Virus record (IMG/VR): IMGVR_UViG_3300035208_001992 | Origin: a virus | Lineage: Duplodnaviria > Heunggongvirae > Uroviricota > Caudoviricetes | Strand: one strand, 5' to 3' | Length of the DNA stretch: 64,000 nucleotides | Shown: in pieces, positions 46,227 to 55,010 of the stretch | How the letters are laid out: every line of letters starts with the position of its first letter | Numbering within the stretch: the first letter of the stretch is position 1 | Notes under the pieces: model-generated | The model's database searches: none | What the model saw: the letters and a program-made list of their open reading frames with translations, nothing else | Told to the model about the DNA's origin: nothing | Program-made: the position numbers and the translations under genes

Positions 46227-46673
46227 GGCGTTAGCATCCAGACGATTAGGATTATGACTAGGACAATGACTAGGACAATGCTAGCAAGTGTGTATGCTCC
46301 ACGTGGAGAGTACGGATCAGGCTTCTTTTGCTGGCTAGCAGCTTTCAAGAGCGCGTCCAAATCTCCAAGCGGATCTTCCAGTGCTGGCACGAACTTGACA
46401 AAGAATGGATCTTGCCAACCGCGCGGAAAATCGTGTGGCACTTTGAATGTTGCTTTATTCGGTGAACCATAGAATGTTTTGTCACCAGAATAAAACGCAT
46501 CTGGCGTGAATTCAGCGAAGCCACCGTCACGCCGCATTGTCATTAAGCCAAGCGGCGCGTTGATATACAAAAGCAAACCGTCGGCGTCACCATGTCCTGC
46601 TAGCGTGCCTTGTTTGAAAAAAATGATCAATCACCGCATTGGTTTGCGTGAATGTCATTGGCGTGTATGTCAT
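46223..46673 (-). CDS. tail-anchored membrane protein, reading frame split by a T7 run (frameshift or sequencing indel)
   Basis: The conserved upstream motif plus AAGGA SD point to ATG 46673 (MTYTPMTFTQTNAVIDHF...). That frame stops at 46587. The long ORF (to 46223) continues in the adjacent frame from the TTTTTTT run at 46617-46623. C-terminal TM segment LASIVLVIVLVIILIVWML. Confidence 0.4.
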
Positions 46674-46976
46674 TGCGTAATCCTTGAATTGTGAATTGAA
46701 AGAGCGCGTCCTGCAGTTGCCGCTGTACGTTGTATCGGGTCAATGTGGCGAAACCTACTTGTCCTCTTTCGAGGCATTACCCATTCAGTTAGCTCGCCGT
46801 TGACAATTTTAGTCATTGCAGGCACGAAGCGCAAGAGGATCATACAGACTTGTTCGACGGTTGATAGTCGAGCCTTCGAGCGTTATCACATAGTCTTGTG
46901 GACTTGCTGTACTCGTGGGGTATCTTGCGTTTTCTGTCATACGCGTCGAAACTTTCGTCTCGAACGCGCTCTTAAG

Positions 46977-47048
46977 TTGGGGCGGCAGGATTCGAACCTA
47001 CGAATGCCGGGACCAAAACCCGGTGTCTTACCGCTTGACGACGCCCCA
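46977..47048 (-). tRNA. tRNA-Gln (TTG)
   Basis: TGGGGCGTCGTCAAGCGGTAAGAC, anticodon arm CCGGG-TTTTGGT-CCCGG. U1-A72 as in enterobacterial tRNA-Gln. Confidence 0.7.
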
Positions 47049-47309
47049 ATAAACGATTGCTACGATTGCTCTGCTAGCATCCGTTGAATTCTTGCGCTCT
47101 CTAACGTGATGCCTTCTTCCTTGTATAAGTGCTCGTTCTCTGCCATTGGAGGAATGAAGTGCTCTCCGATCGCTGGAATTGAGCTGCACACTGGAAAATA
47201 TGCGTGCCACAACGGAGGAAAAGATCCAAGACCAGGAATGAAAGAAACGTCTTTCACTATGTCATTCTCATCTGTTAGCACGAACATATGAAATGTCTTT
47301 CAGCTAAAT

Positions 47310-47393
47310 TGGGAAACGGAGACAGGAGGATTCGAACCTCCGGTACCTTTCGGTACAGACATTTAGCAAACGCCCGCTTTAGACCGCTCAGCC
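47310..47393 (-). tRNA. tRNA-Ser (GCT)
   Basis: Acceptor GGAGACA/TGTCTCC, anticodon loop TTGCTAA, long variable arm, T-arm GGAGGTTCGAATCCTCC. Confidence 0.7.
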
Positions 47394-47815
47394 ATGTCTC
47401 CAAAACTCTATCTGCTTTTACTCTTGCTGTCAAAGCCTCCGCCAAGCATGACTAGTCGCTCGTCTGACGTGATCGGCGAATGGTCTAAGCAGACGCCATC
47501 AGCATCTATGTCAACAGTCGCGTCATGCTGTACACCACAATGCTTTTCTTGATTGTGATGTATGCAATCTTTTGCGCGACACGCAATTGCAGGCATTGAC
47601 TAGCTCCTTGATTGGAAAATCTCTATGCAGGGTTTGCGCGAGTCACCTGCGTTCCCGAGACTTAAAAGAAGTACGTCTTCACGCGTACCTCAATGCTCGT
47701 GTCCTATCTTTGTCTCGCAAGCCGGACTGAGCGCGAGACTGAGCATTCAGCAACGCTAACTATCCGTAGTGCGTGCCTTTGTGGATTTCAACCCACTTGG
47801 ATGAATAGAGAAAAG

Positions 47816-47897
47816 CGGAGGGACTCGGACTCGAACCGAGAAGCCCTTGCGGGCGGCGGTTTTCAAGACCGCTGACTTACCATTGGCCTACCCCTCC
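47816..47897 (-). tRNA. tRNA-Ser (TGA)
   Basis: Acceptor GGAGGGG/TCCCTCC, anticodon arm GCGGT-CTTGAAA-ACCGC, long variable arm. Confidence 0.65.
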
Positions 47898-47910
47898 GGG
47901 TAATAATGAT

Positions 47911-48156
47911 TTAATGCATGAAGCGTATAGTCACGTACAATGCGATTGCCCAAAGCACTGCGCCGACCAACCGAGCGAAATCCGTTACTGTGGTTGACAT
48001 CGAGAACAGCGATGGTACACGCGTAGCATTCTTGTCCTGGTAACGAACAAAGCCATAATACATGAAGTTGAGCAACAGCCAAAGTGGCAAGACAATTGCT
48101 GCATCAAGAAACATGACGAGCGTATTGCGCTTAGCTACCTGTTCGTTAGTGTCCAT
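47911..48156 (-). CDS. small membrane protein
   Basis: Two hydrophobic helices; start trimmed to MDTNEQV. Confidence 0.35.
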   Translation of the reverse strand: MDTNEQVAKRNTLVMFLDAAIVLPLWLLLNFMYYGFVRYQDKNATRVPSLFSMSTTVTDFARLVGAVLWAIALYVTIRFMH

Positions 48157-48745
48157 AGTTGAATCCGATCTTGTACTTGCTTGTGTGAGTGACCATGCCA
48201 AAGATCTTGTGCTTGAACTCGAAAGTCTCTGAGTAGCTGCCGCAACAGCCATCGTCTTCAATGTCATCGTAGACGCCTTCAGAAACTGGATCACCAATCT
48301 TGCAGATTCGCAAGTGGCTCAAGCATTCTGCTTTGCGCTTACGAATCATGCTTGCAAGACGATTGGTCAAGAACTGACCAAGCTTTGGGCCGTATCGCTC
48401 AACAAGCTTACGTGACATTGAGTCATACTTATCAGACTTCGACACTTGCAGATCAAATGACGGCCTAGTCAACGTGACTACAATTGGTGTTTCAGGTAGC
48501 ATGTTGATGTTAAGCTGATTTGTTGCATCGAGCGATACCTCGATGTTCACACCGTGCTGCTTAGCTAGATCTTCGATGAAATACTTTGTCTCTGGCGTAG
48601 TGAATGCTCGTGTTGTTTCATTGAACCATTTTGTCATGGCATCACGAAAATTGTCGAAGCGTTGCTGGTAACTTTCTTGTCCGCCATATGCAGCTTGATT
48701 TGAACTAAACCATGTCTCTTCTGAGTGACTTGGATCACTTATCAT
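48146..48745 (-). CDS. hypothetical protein
   Basis: 199-aa ORF. Confidence 0.45.
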   Translation of the reverse strand: MISDPSHSEETWFSSNQAAYGGQESYQQRFDNFRDAMTKWFNETTRAFTTPETKYFIEDLAKQHGVNIEVSLDATNQLNINMLPETPIVVTLTRPSFDLQVSKSDKYDSMSRKLVERYGPKLGQFLTNRLASMIRKRKAECLSHLRICKIGDPVSEGVYDDIEDDGCCGSYSETFEFKHKIFGMVTHTSKYKIGFNYGH

Positions 48746-49518
48746 AGCAATGCTTGCGCCATCAACGCGTGGAAGTCATCATCACTGATCGCTGGCTGCT
48801 TTGCGTTAGCTCGCGCAGCATCGATCAACAAACGAATAGAGGCGATGTGCTCTCGCTTGACTCGATCTTCACGCTCGGCTATGGCTTGTACGTATTTGCT
48901 CGCATTCCAACCAACAAGCAAAAGCGCGCCAACTAAAGCTTTGCATTGATCGTTGCTCATTGGGCTAAGCTCATCTACCACGAGTGAGAAGCTCAATGAT
49001 ACGCCTTCTACAGCAAGAAAATCTTGCGAAGCAATTAGCTGAAAAGCCGCTGCTCCAAACAATTCGGAATAGACTAGAAATGTGTCAATGCCGAATCCAT
49101 TGGAACTTGACCTAAAGCTATATGTGTAAACCGGCTCAACTGCGCGCGTTATGCCACGCTTGGCTCGAACGTAGTCGATGATTGTGTCAGGCTTGTCTTT
49201 GTCGATGAATACGTTGTCGTCGCTGGACATCGCAAGTATCTTACTTTTGCCTGTGCTAAGCATTTCATCTAGTTGCACAGAAATTCTGGTTGATGAATCA
49301 CCGACTGCAACGTTGTTAGTTGGCCACACGCCACGCCTGACAAATAATACAGGTATCACGTTGTCGAGAGTCAACGGTGTGAATTCAACTTCGTGCAAGC
49401 CGAGGCGCGAACCGCCGTGACGCGACGCAACGTAATCGCGTAGCTCACGTATGACTTTGTTTGGGTACAACTGCGTCTTACTGTCAAGACTCATTTTCGG
49501 CATGGTCATTTGCTGCAC
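48742..49518 (-). CDS. hypothetical protein
   Basis: 258-aa ORF with tandem TTTAC-containing upstream motifs. Confidence 0.5.
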   Translation of the reverse strand: MQQMTMPKMSLDSKTQLYPNKVIRELRDYVASRHGGSRLGLHEVEFTPLTLDNVIPVLFVRRGVWPTNNVAVGDSSTRISVQLDEMLSTGKSKILAMSSDDNVFIDKDKPDTIIDYVRAKRGITRAVEPVYTYSFRSSSNGFGIDTFLVYSELFGAAAFQLIASQDFLAVEGVSLSFSLVVDELSPMSNDQCKALVGALLLVGWNASKYVQAIAEREDRVKREHIASIRLLIDAARANAKQPAISDDDFHALMAQALL

Positions 49519-49723
49519 CTTTCGTTCACTAGATCAATTTACGCAGTTGCACAGTTTACAGCAAGTTAACGCTTGTCTGAGAGTTCGTTGAACAGCGCAA
49601 CGAGGTCAGCTAAGAACTTGGCACGATCAATGAACGGTCGATTGAGATTGTCTTGCAGCACTGCATCGATTCTCGCGTTCAACGCTGGCTTGACTTCTTC
49701 TTGTTCGTTAGTTGGCTGAGTGC

Positions 49724-49981
49724 TCATTCGGCGGCCTCCGCAGTAAGATCGATGCCATGCTTCTCGAGAATCTTGACGATGTCATTTACTGTCTTGCATC
49801 CATCAAGCAGATCATCAGAGATCTCAATGTTGAATTTGTCTTCAAGTGCCATTATGGCTTCGAGTTCATCGAGGCTGTCAAAGCCAAGCGTGACCGTTGT
49901 CTCGTCACCAGTGACGATGTCGGCAGCATTGATGCCAGACACTTCTACGATGATCTTGATTGCTTTTTCTCTGTTGTTCAT
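49724..49981 (-). CDS. acp: acyl carrier protein
   Basis: 85 aa; LGFDSLDELEAIMALEDKFNIEISDD with the phosphopantetheine-attachment DSL motif. Confidence 0.8.
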   Translation of the reverse strand: MNNREKAIKIIVEVSGINAADIVTGDETTVTLGFDSLDELEAIMALEDKFNIEISDDLLDGCKTVNDIVKILEKHGIDLTAEAAE

Positions 49982-49994
49982 TATTGTCTACCTG

Positions 49995-50423
49995 TTAGAG
50001 GATTGCGTGTGGATCTGAGTTGTATTCTGGAACAAGTATGCCAAGTTCTGTCTCGAACCAACGAGCTGACAGACATCGATGGCAAAAGTCTCCTGGCTTT
50101 TCATAGCATAGCAGTATCGCGTTCTCACCGAGCTCTTCGAAGACTTGTTGTGGATCGAGATGCTTGAGAACGTGCTCATAGAACTCTACAGTGTACTTGT
50201 TAGAGTCTCCGGTGCGTTTGTAGTCATCGAAGAACCAGCGCTTTGGCGCTAGTTTCTTGTATTGCCTGCCAGTCCACCAAGGCGGAGGCCAACCAGCAAT
50301 ACTTACTGCATCTGGATGCTTGCCGCAAGTTGCGTAGTTGCTAGTCTGCATGGCCAATGACCAAAGAATGACCAGGCATAGCCATAGTGAAATTTCCGTA
50401 TTCGCCTTTTCGTGCTTTACCAC
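49995..50423 (-). CDS. DUF488-like protein
   Basis: LLCYEKPGDFCHRCLSARWFE (the CHR motif of DUF488). The 5-prime end overlaps the upstream gene, so the true start is probably the internal Met at 50351. Confidence 0.4.
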   Translation of the reverse strand: MVKHEKANTEISLWLCLVILWSLAMQTSNYATCGKHPDAVSIAGWPPPWWTGRQYKKLAPKRWFFDDYKRTGDSNKYTVEFYEHVLKHLDPQQVFEELGENAILLCYEKPGDFCHRCLSARWFETELGILVPEYNSDPHAIL

Positions 50424-51186
50424 TGTGGTGACACAATATGGTCTTTGATTGCCAGTCAGCAGGGTATGTTAGCAAATCGACTAAGCGAGCGTGGACGCGT
50501 GACGTTGTCTCATAGTCGGCGCAATCATGAAACACCTTATCTGCGTAAGCATAGATCGGTTCCATGAGCAACGAATTGAATTGGCAATCACTCGTGAAGA
50601 AGATTGACTTGCCAGCATACGTTAGCATGTAGCCGTATGTGATGCCAATGTCTCTTGGGTTTTGAGCGTCATCTACTTGCCGAATGTGCGGCAGCTTGTA
50701 GTAAGCTACTTGGAACGATATTCCGTTGAGCTCAATCGTTGTTGGCTCACGTCCTTTGAATGCGAATGGCAAGCATTGCGTGAATCCGAAGTAGTCGATC
50801 AACTGCAGATCAGCGTCTTCAATTGGGCCCATTGACGGTTGGAAAACTCCGTTTAGCGTGTTGTAGACGCTGTTAGTCGCAGACGGACGCAGAGGCTCGA
50901 TGATCAATGGCTTGCGCGACGCCTTCGACACAAACCTGTTGTAGAAGCCAAGCCATTCCAAACCATGGATATGATCACCATGGAAATGAGTGAAGAGAAC
51001 CGCATCTACATCGGCCGCAGAAATGCCAATACCTTGCAAACTATGTCTAGCGTCAGGCGAACAATCAACAAGAATTGTCACCTTCTTGGCATCATCTGTC
51101 AGCGTCACAACTGGCTGATTGTTCCATAGCCTTGAATCAGCAAATGCTCCGCCAACCCCAGCAAAACTAACAGTCAGCTGTTTCAC
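50341..51186 (-). CDS. metallo-beta-lactamase-fold hydrolase
   Basis: FTHFHGDHIHGL (HxHxDH) and downstream His/Asp ligands. Confidence 0.65.
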   Translation of the reverse strand: MKQLTVSFAGVGGAFADSRLWNNQPVVTLTDDAKKVTILVDCSPDARHSLQGIGISAADVDAVLFTHFHGDHIHGLEWLGFYNRFVSKASRKPLIIEPLRPSATNSVYNTLNGVFQPSMGPIEDADLQLIDYFGFTQCLPFAFKGREPTTIELNGISFQVAYYKLPHIRQVDDAQNPRDIGITYGYMLTYAGKSIFFTSDCQFNSLLMEPIYAYADKVFHDCADYETTSRVHARLVDLLTYPADWQSKTILCHHSGKARKGEYGNFTMAMPGHSLVIGHAD

Positions 51187-51932
51187 GCTGTGGCACCTTT
51201 CACGAGATTGCCAAGCGTCTTTGGATCAGCGTTGGCGACGAACACGGCAAGCTTCCTTGCTGTCTTGTATTGTGCGACAGCATCGTAGAGCGGATGATGC
51301 GGCGTGTTTGGGTTGAAGTCGTCATGATCTTGCCCGAAGATGTCAGACATCTGACGAATGTCCAAACTGAAGTAGCACCAGTTGTCTGGCATATTGCGCA
51401 TGCCGCCAAACAAGTTAGCAAGACACACGTGATCATGCGCGTTGTAATCGCCCCAAGGCCTGACTGTCGTTTCACCTGCAGGGCTTGCAGCAGAGACGAC
51501 CTTGAGCAAAGCTTCTTTGATCTCATCAGGTGTTCCGACAACAACTGTCGGTACCGGCTTTGAAACAGGCTTCTGATCTTCTGCGTGAATCGAGAACTTG
51601 CGGCCATGAGCAATAGCCAAGCGCGCGTCGCTGATGCTGACGGTCTTAGCGCCGACGCGACAAATGATGTGCTTGAACACGTTTTCAAACATCCACGTGT
51701 TGTTAGACTTCTCGCTCAACTTACCTTCATCATTGACCATGTCTAGGAAGACGTCGCTGTTGAAGAAGTCATTGTTGATTCCGTAGAACAGGCTTCGCTT
51801 CTTTGGACCGTCAATGACAGCACCGATGCTAATCACATGGAGTCCATTTAGCCCACAGTCAACGAACTCGAAATCGTGGTGGATGTCAATTGTTGACGCT
51901 TGATCTTTCTGCGACAGCTTAAAGATGCTCAT
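51183..51932 (-). CDS. DEDDh-type 3-prime to 5-prime exonuclease-like protein
   Basis: C-terminal HHPLYDAVAQYKTARKL (Exo III H-x4-D motif); N-terminal DFEFVD and ISIGAV. Confidence 0.45.
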   Translation of the reverse strand: MSIFKLSQKDQASTIDIHHDFEFVDCGLNGLHVISIGAVIDGPKKRSLFYGINNDFFNSDVFLDMVNDEGKLSEKSNNTWMFENVFKHIICRVGAKTVSISDARLAIAHGRKFSIHAEDQKPVSKPVPTVVVGTPDEIKEALLKVVSAASPAGETTVRPWGDYNAHDHVCLANLFGGMRNMPDNWCYFSLDIRQMSDIFGQDHDDFNPNTPHHPLYDAVAQYKTARKLAVFVANADPKTLGNLVKGATA

Positions 51933-52450
51933 CTTAATTCCTGCCTCTCATTGAAATTGATTGTGCTAAAATCAAGAGACTCAATCAAAGCTAACGCGTC
52001 ACAGAAGAACTCGCCAGCGCCAAGTCGAATGACAGGTGATTGCGCCGTATCAAGATCGTCAATGAAGCTGTCCCACTTAGCAACCATCATGTCGCAGAAT
52101 GCTACAGGGCTTCCTCGATCGATATAGCGCTCGATGTACTCCTCACGTAGGTCGCGCTGTGGATACACGATGATTGAAGGAAACCGCCGCAAAAGCAGCT
52201 CGTCAAGAACTGCTTTGTGCGTTGAGCAACAGATGTGAACGAAGCGCTCTTCACCATCGTGCTGTTGCATCAGCCTGGTAAGATGATCGAGATAGTCGCT
52301 GACGAAATTTGGATTGCGCGTTGTTGTGCCAGGCAACCATGACCAAGCACTTGAATCGGCGTCAATGATTTGACGTGTCATCGATGGCTTCATAGACGTG
52401 TGAGACTTGCCGACTCCTGGGAAACCAGGAACGATGATCTGACTGCTCAT
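51929..52450 (-). CDS. P-loop kinase (nucleoside/nucleotide kinase-like)
   Basis: Walker A PGFPGVGKSHT; small (173 aa) kinase-like fold. Confidence 0.5.
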   Translation of the reverse strand: MSSQIIVPGFPGVGKSHTSMKPSMTRQIIDADSSAWSWLPGTTTRNPNFVSDYLDHLTRLMQQHDGEERFVHICCSTHKAVLDELLLRRFPSIIVYPQRDLREEYIERYIDRGSPVAFCDMMVAKWDSFIDDLDTAQSPVIRLGAGEFFCDALALIESLDFSTINFNERQELR

Positions 52451-52683
52451 TCTTTACCTCGAGTTGCGCGATGGCAGTTGAACGTGCGAACAAACTTTTC
52501 GGTCTTTGGATCGTACTGCAGTTCCGTGTTCTTGCAGTCTTCAGCACTGCGCAAAGAGCAGCTTGCTTCATGACCTGACCGAGGCATCATGTGCTCACAC
52601 TCTATGGCACAAAACTTTGGCGCGACATCGTCGATCACAATCTCGACGTTCAGTGTCATTGGCGTTTTGACTAACATGCTCAC
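52447..52683 (-). CDS. hypothetical Cys-containing small protein
   Basis: 78-aa ORF. Confidence 0.35.
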   Translation of the reverse strand: MSMLVKTPMTLNVEIVIDDVAPKFCAIECEHMMPRSGHEASCSLRSAEDCKNTELQYDPKTEKFVRTFNCHRATRGKE

Positions 52684-52761
52684 TTCCTTTGATGAAACTA
52701 TGAAAGGCCATGCTTGCGCATGGCCTTATGATCAGTACCTATTTACAAGGAGTTGTGATCA

Positions 52762-53745
52762 TCAGTTGTCGAAATACTTTGTCGTGTCATGGTTGACGAC
52801 GTTGTTCTTCAGTGTGACACGCGCAACGATCCTGTTGTAACGCTTCAGCGAGTCATAAATTGCGTAGGTATAGTCAAGCGTCTTAGGATCGACTAGTGGC
52901 TCAGTGTTGAATTGGTAACGAGTTGCACTTGCAGTATTTACCCAGTTAGTGTCATTAGCAAGTCTCCATTCAACAAGCTTAACATCATTGGAATAGTTTG
53001 AGCTGTCAAGTTTTAGCTTGACGATGTGACGGCCAGTTCCAATGACTGTGGGAATCAATGAGTCCTTGTTGAATGTGAACACCGGCACATAGTTGTTGTA
53101 GCGGATCGGAAGCATCTGCACATCACCAGCTTCAGTCGTGAACTCCATCGGCGTCTTCGACTTGCTGATTGTGTCACCCAAAGAATCGCGCACAACCAAG
53201 CTGATCAAATACGTTTGGATCGAGTCAGACGAGACAAGGTAGAAGAACTTCGAGTAGTTGGCGCTGGCCTTGTTGTACCAGAAGTTCAACAGGTACTTCG
53301 TCGAGTCAGGCATGTTGATCACTGCGCTGACTTGCAGTGCTTTCCCAATTGGCGCGTTCAACAGCGTGCCAAAGACGTCGCGTTGCACGACATACAACGG
53401 AGGCAATTCAACGTTGTATGACGTAACTGGCTTGGCTACAATAACTTGCGAGTCCTTGCTGATGACGATCGAATCCGTGGCATCGAAGGTCCTGCCTGCG
53501 ACAGCGCGTGCGGCGCTAACACTCAACGACCACTTGCCATCTGCGTCCGTGGTGGCTGTGGCTCCAGTGGACTTGAGACGCACTTTGGCATTGGGAATGC
53601 CCTTGCCGTTCGGATCGAGGATGGACCCGTGCAGACCTGTGACGGACGTGAGACCGCCGTTGTCAGGGTTGTTGCTGCTTGTGGAACTGTCGCACGCTGC
53701 AATGGCAAGCGTTGCGAGCATGGCGATGAATAGCTTGGTGTTCAT
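52762..53745 (-). CDS. lipoprotein with Ig-like/CarboxypepD_reg-like domain
   Basis: MNTKLFIAMLATLAIAACDSS (lipobox), then GSILDPNGKGIPNAKVRLKSTG; SD AAGGAG. Confidence 0.55.
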   Translation of the reverse strand: MNTKLFIAMLATLAIAACDSSTSSNNPDNGGLTSVTGLHGSILDPNGKGIPNAKVRLKSTGATATTDADGKWSLSVSAARAVAGRTFDATDSIVISKDSQVIVAKPVTSYNVELPPLYVVQRDVFGTLLNAPIGKALQVSAVINMPDSTKYLLNFWYNKASANYSKFFYLVSSDSIQTYLISLVVRDSLGDTISKSKTPMEFTTEAGDVQMLPIRYNNYVPVFTFNKDSLIPTVIGTGRHIVKLKLDSSNYSNDVKLVEWRLANDTNWVNTASATRYQFNTEPLVDPKTLDYTYAIYDSLKRYNRIVARVTLKNNVVNHDTTKYFDN

Positions 53746-53859
53746 GCTGTTTCTCCTTTAGGTGAATCCTTCCAAAATGGAAGAATTTGTGGCATTGGGA
53801 TTGGATGTACCCAGTATAAATATAATGCAACTAAAGTAGAAAGTACACTTATTTGTGAA

Positions 53860-54345
53860 CTATAAAACGCCGCGTGTTGACAGATAATTGACCACATCGC
53901 GTGGCGCGCGAAACTTGTTAGAGTCATCATCGCTGATGTCGAGACCGTATGCGTCTTCAAGCGCCAAAAGCATTTCCATCTTGTCAAGACTGTCTGCGCC
54001 TAGATCTTCATAGCACTCAAGTCCTGTGACAATCCGTATTGCGTCGGTGCTCAAGATGCGTTCATGTATAATCGCGACTTTGCGAGGAATGACAACGAAA
54101 TCAGCGGTAGATTCTTTGATGGCTGAAGCTATGTTCAACATACGATCACCAACTGTAGCTACAGCTTCGCATTCTTCACGTACGGCATCGGTGCCTTTGA
54201 ACACAGTGAAAACGCTTGGCACATGATGCTTGTAGTTCAACGCTGTTGCATTGAGATATTCTACGAGCCAAATTGCATCTTCATACTTCAGCTTGATTTC
54301 GATTGATTGCATGGTACCTCCGATGATTTGTAGAATCGTGTGCAA
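53860..54345 (-). CDS. protein with C-terminal acyl-carrier-protein domain
   Basis: C-terminal LGADSLDKMEMLLALEDAYGLDISDD (DSL motif) after a ~75-aa N-terminal extension. Confidence 0.6.
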   Translation of the reverse strand: MHTILQIIGGTMQSIEIKLKYEDAIWLVEYLNATALNYKHHVPSVFTVFKGTDAVREECEAVATVGDRMLNIASAIKESTADFVVIPRKVAIIHERILSTDAIRIVTGLECYEDLGADSLDKMEMLLALEDAYGLDISDDDSNKFRAPRDVVNYLSTRGVL

Positions 54346-54371
54346 CTCCTATCATAAGGAGACCACAAGTC

Positions 54372-54947
54372 ATGATTAGTCTCGCAACGATTTTGCATCG
54401 TACACCAGCGCGCATCCACCGCAATAGTCAAAGCTGCCGTGCGCGCATTACGTCGTCAGTGATGAATGCAGACGAGCGCGGTGCCTTCTATCTCGTGAAG
54501 GGCATCGCGATGGATGCGAACACAACGAGAAAGAACTATCGGCAAGTCGCTAAAGTGTATCTTGACAAGTCGAACAAAGTTCCGCTGAACCCAAAGATCT
54601 TCATTTGGTGCGGTTGCTCTTGGTTCAAGTATCACTGTGAAGTTGCACTAGCGATTCGTGGATCAAGCTACATTGTGAGCTCGAATGGCGCACTGCCAAA
54701 GATCACGAACCCCACTGCTCGACCACAAGTCTGCAAACATGCTTTGGCGTTCTTGAAGGTGATCAGATCACAGCCGATGAAGATCGAAACGAAGAGTGCA
54801 AAGAGTCCTCAACAAGTGAGGGCTGCTTTGAAAGAAGGATCGAACATTGACAAGATCGAAAGGCGTGGTCAAAGCACTGTGGCCAAAGCTAACGCAGCTA
54901 GGCAATCAGGTGATTTTGATGATTCGGTCCAACGAATAAACATGTGA
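54372..54947 (+). CDS. SWIM zinc-finger protein (basic)
   Basis: The only convincing plus-strand gene. SD AAGGAG 7 nt upstream. WCGCSW...CKHALAF matches the CxCxnCxH SWIM signature. Confidence 0.55.
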   Translation: MISLATILHRTPARIHRNSQSCRARITSSVMNADERGAFYLVKGIAMDANTTRKNYRQVAKVYLDKSNKVPLNPKIFIWCGCSWFKYHCEVALAIRGSSYIVSSNGALPKITNPTARPQVCKHALAFLKVIRSQPMKIETKSAKSPQQVRAALKEGSNIDKIERRGQSTVAKANAARQSGDFDDSVQRINM

Positions 54948-54964
54948 TCTTTAGCTAAAGCAAC

Positions 54965-55000
54965 GAAGTAAAGAGGGTGTCAGGCGAAGAGCTTGGCACC
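54965..55000 (+). terminator. rho-independent terminator after the plus-strand gene (possibly bidirectional)
   Basis: AAGAGGGTG-N17-CACCCTCTT followed by TTGTTTT. Confidence 0.6.
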
Positions 55001-55010
55001 CTCTTTTGTT

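Noticed and set aside
53825-53845. TATAAATATAAT, resembling the T4 late-promoter consensus TATAAATA
   Set aside because: It is on the plus strand, pointing into the antisense of a minus-strand gene, and it is a single occurrence. I treat it as AT-rich intergenic sequence unless TSS data say otherwise.
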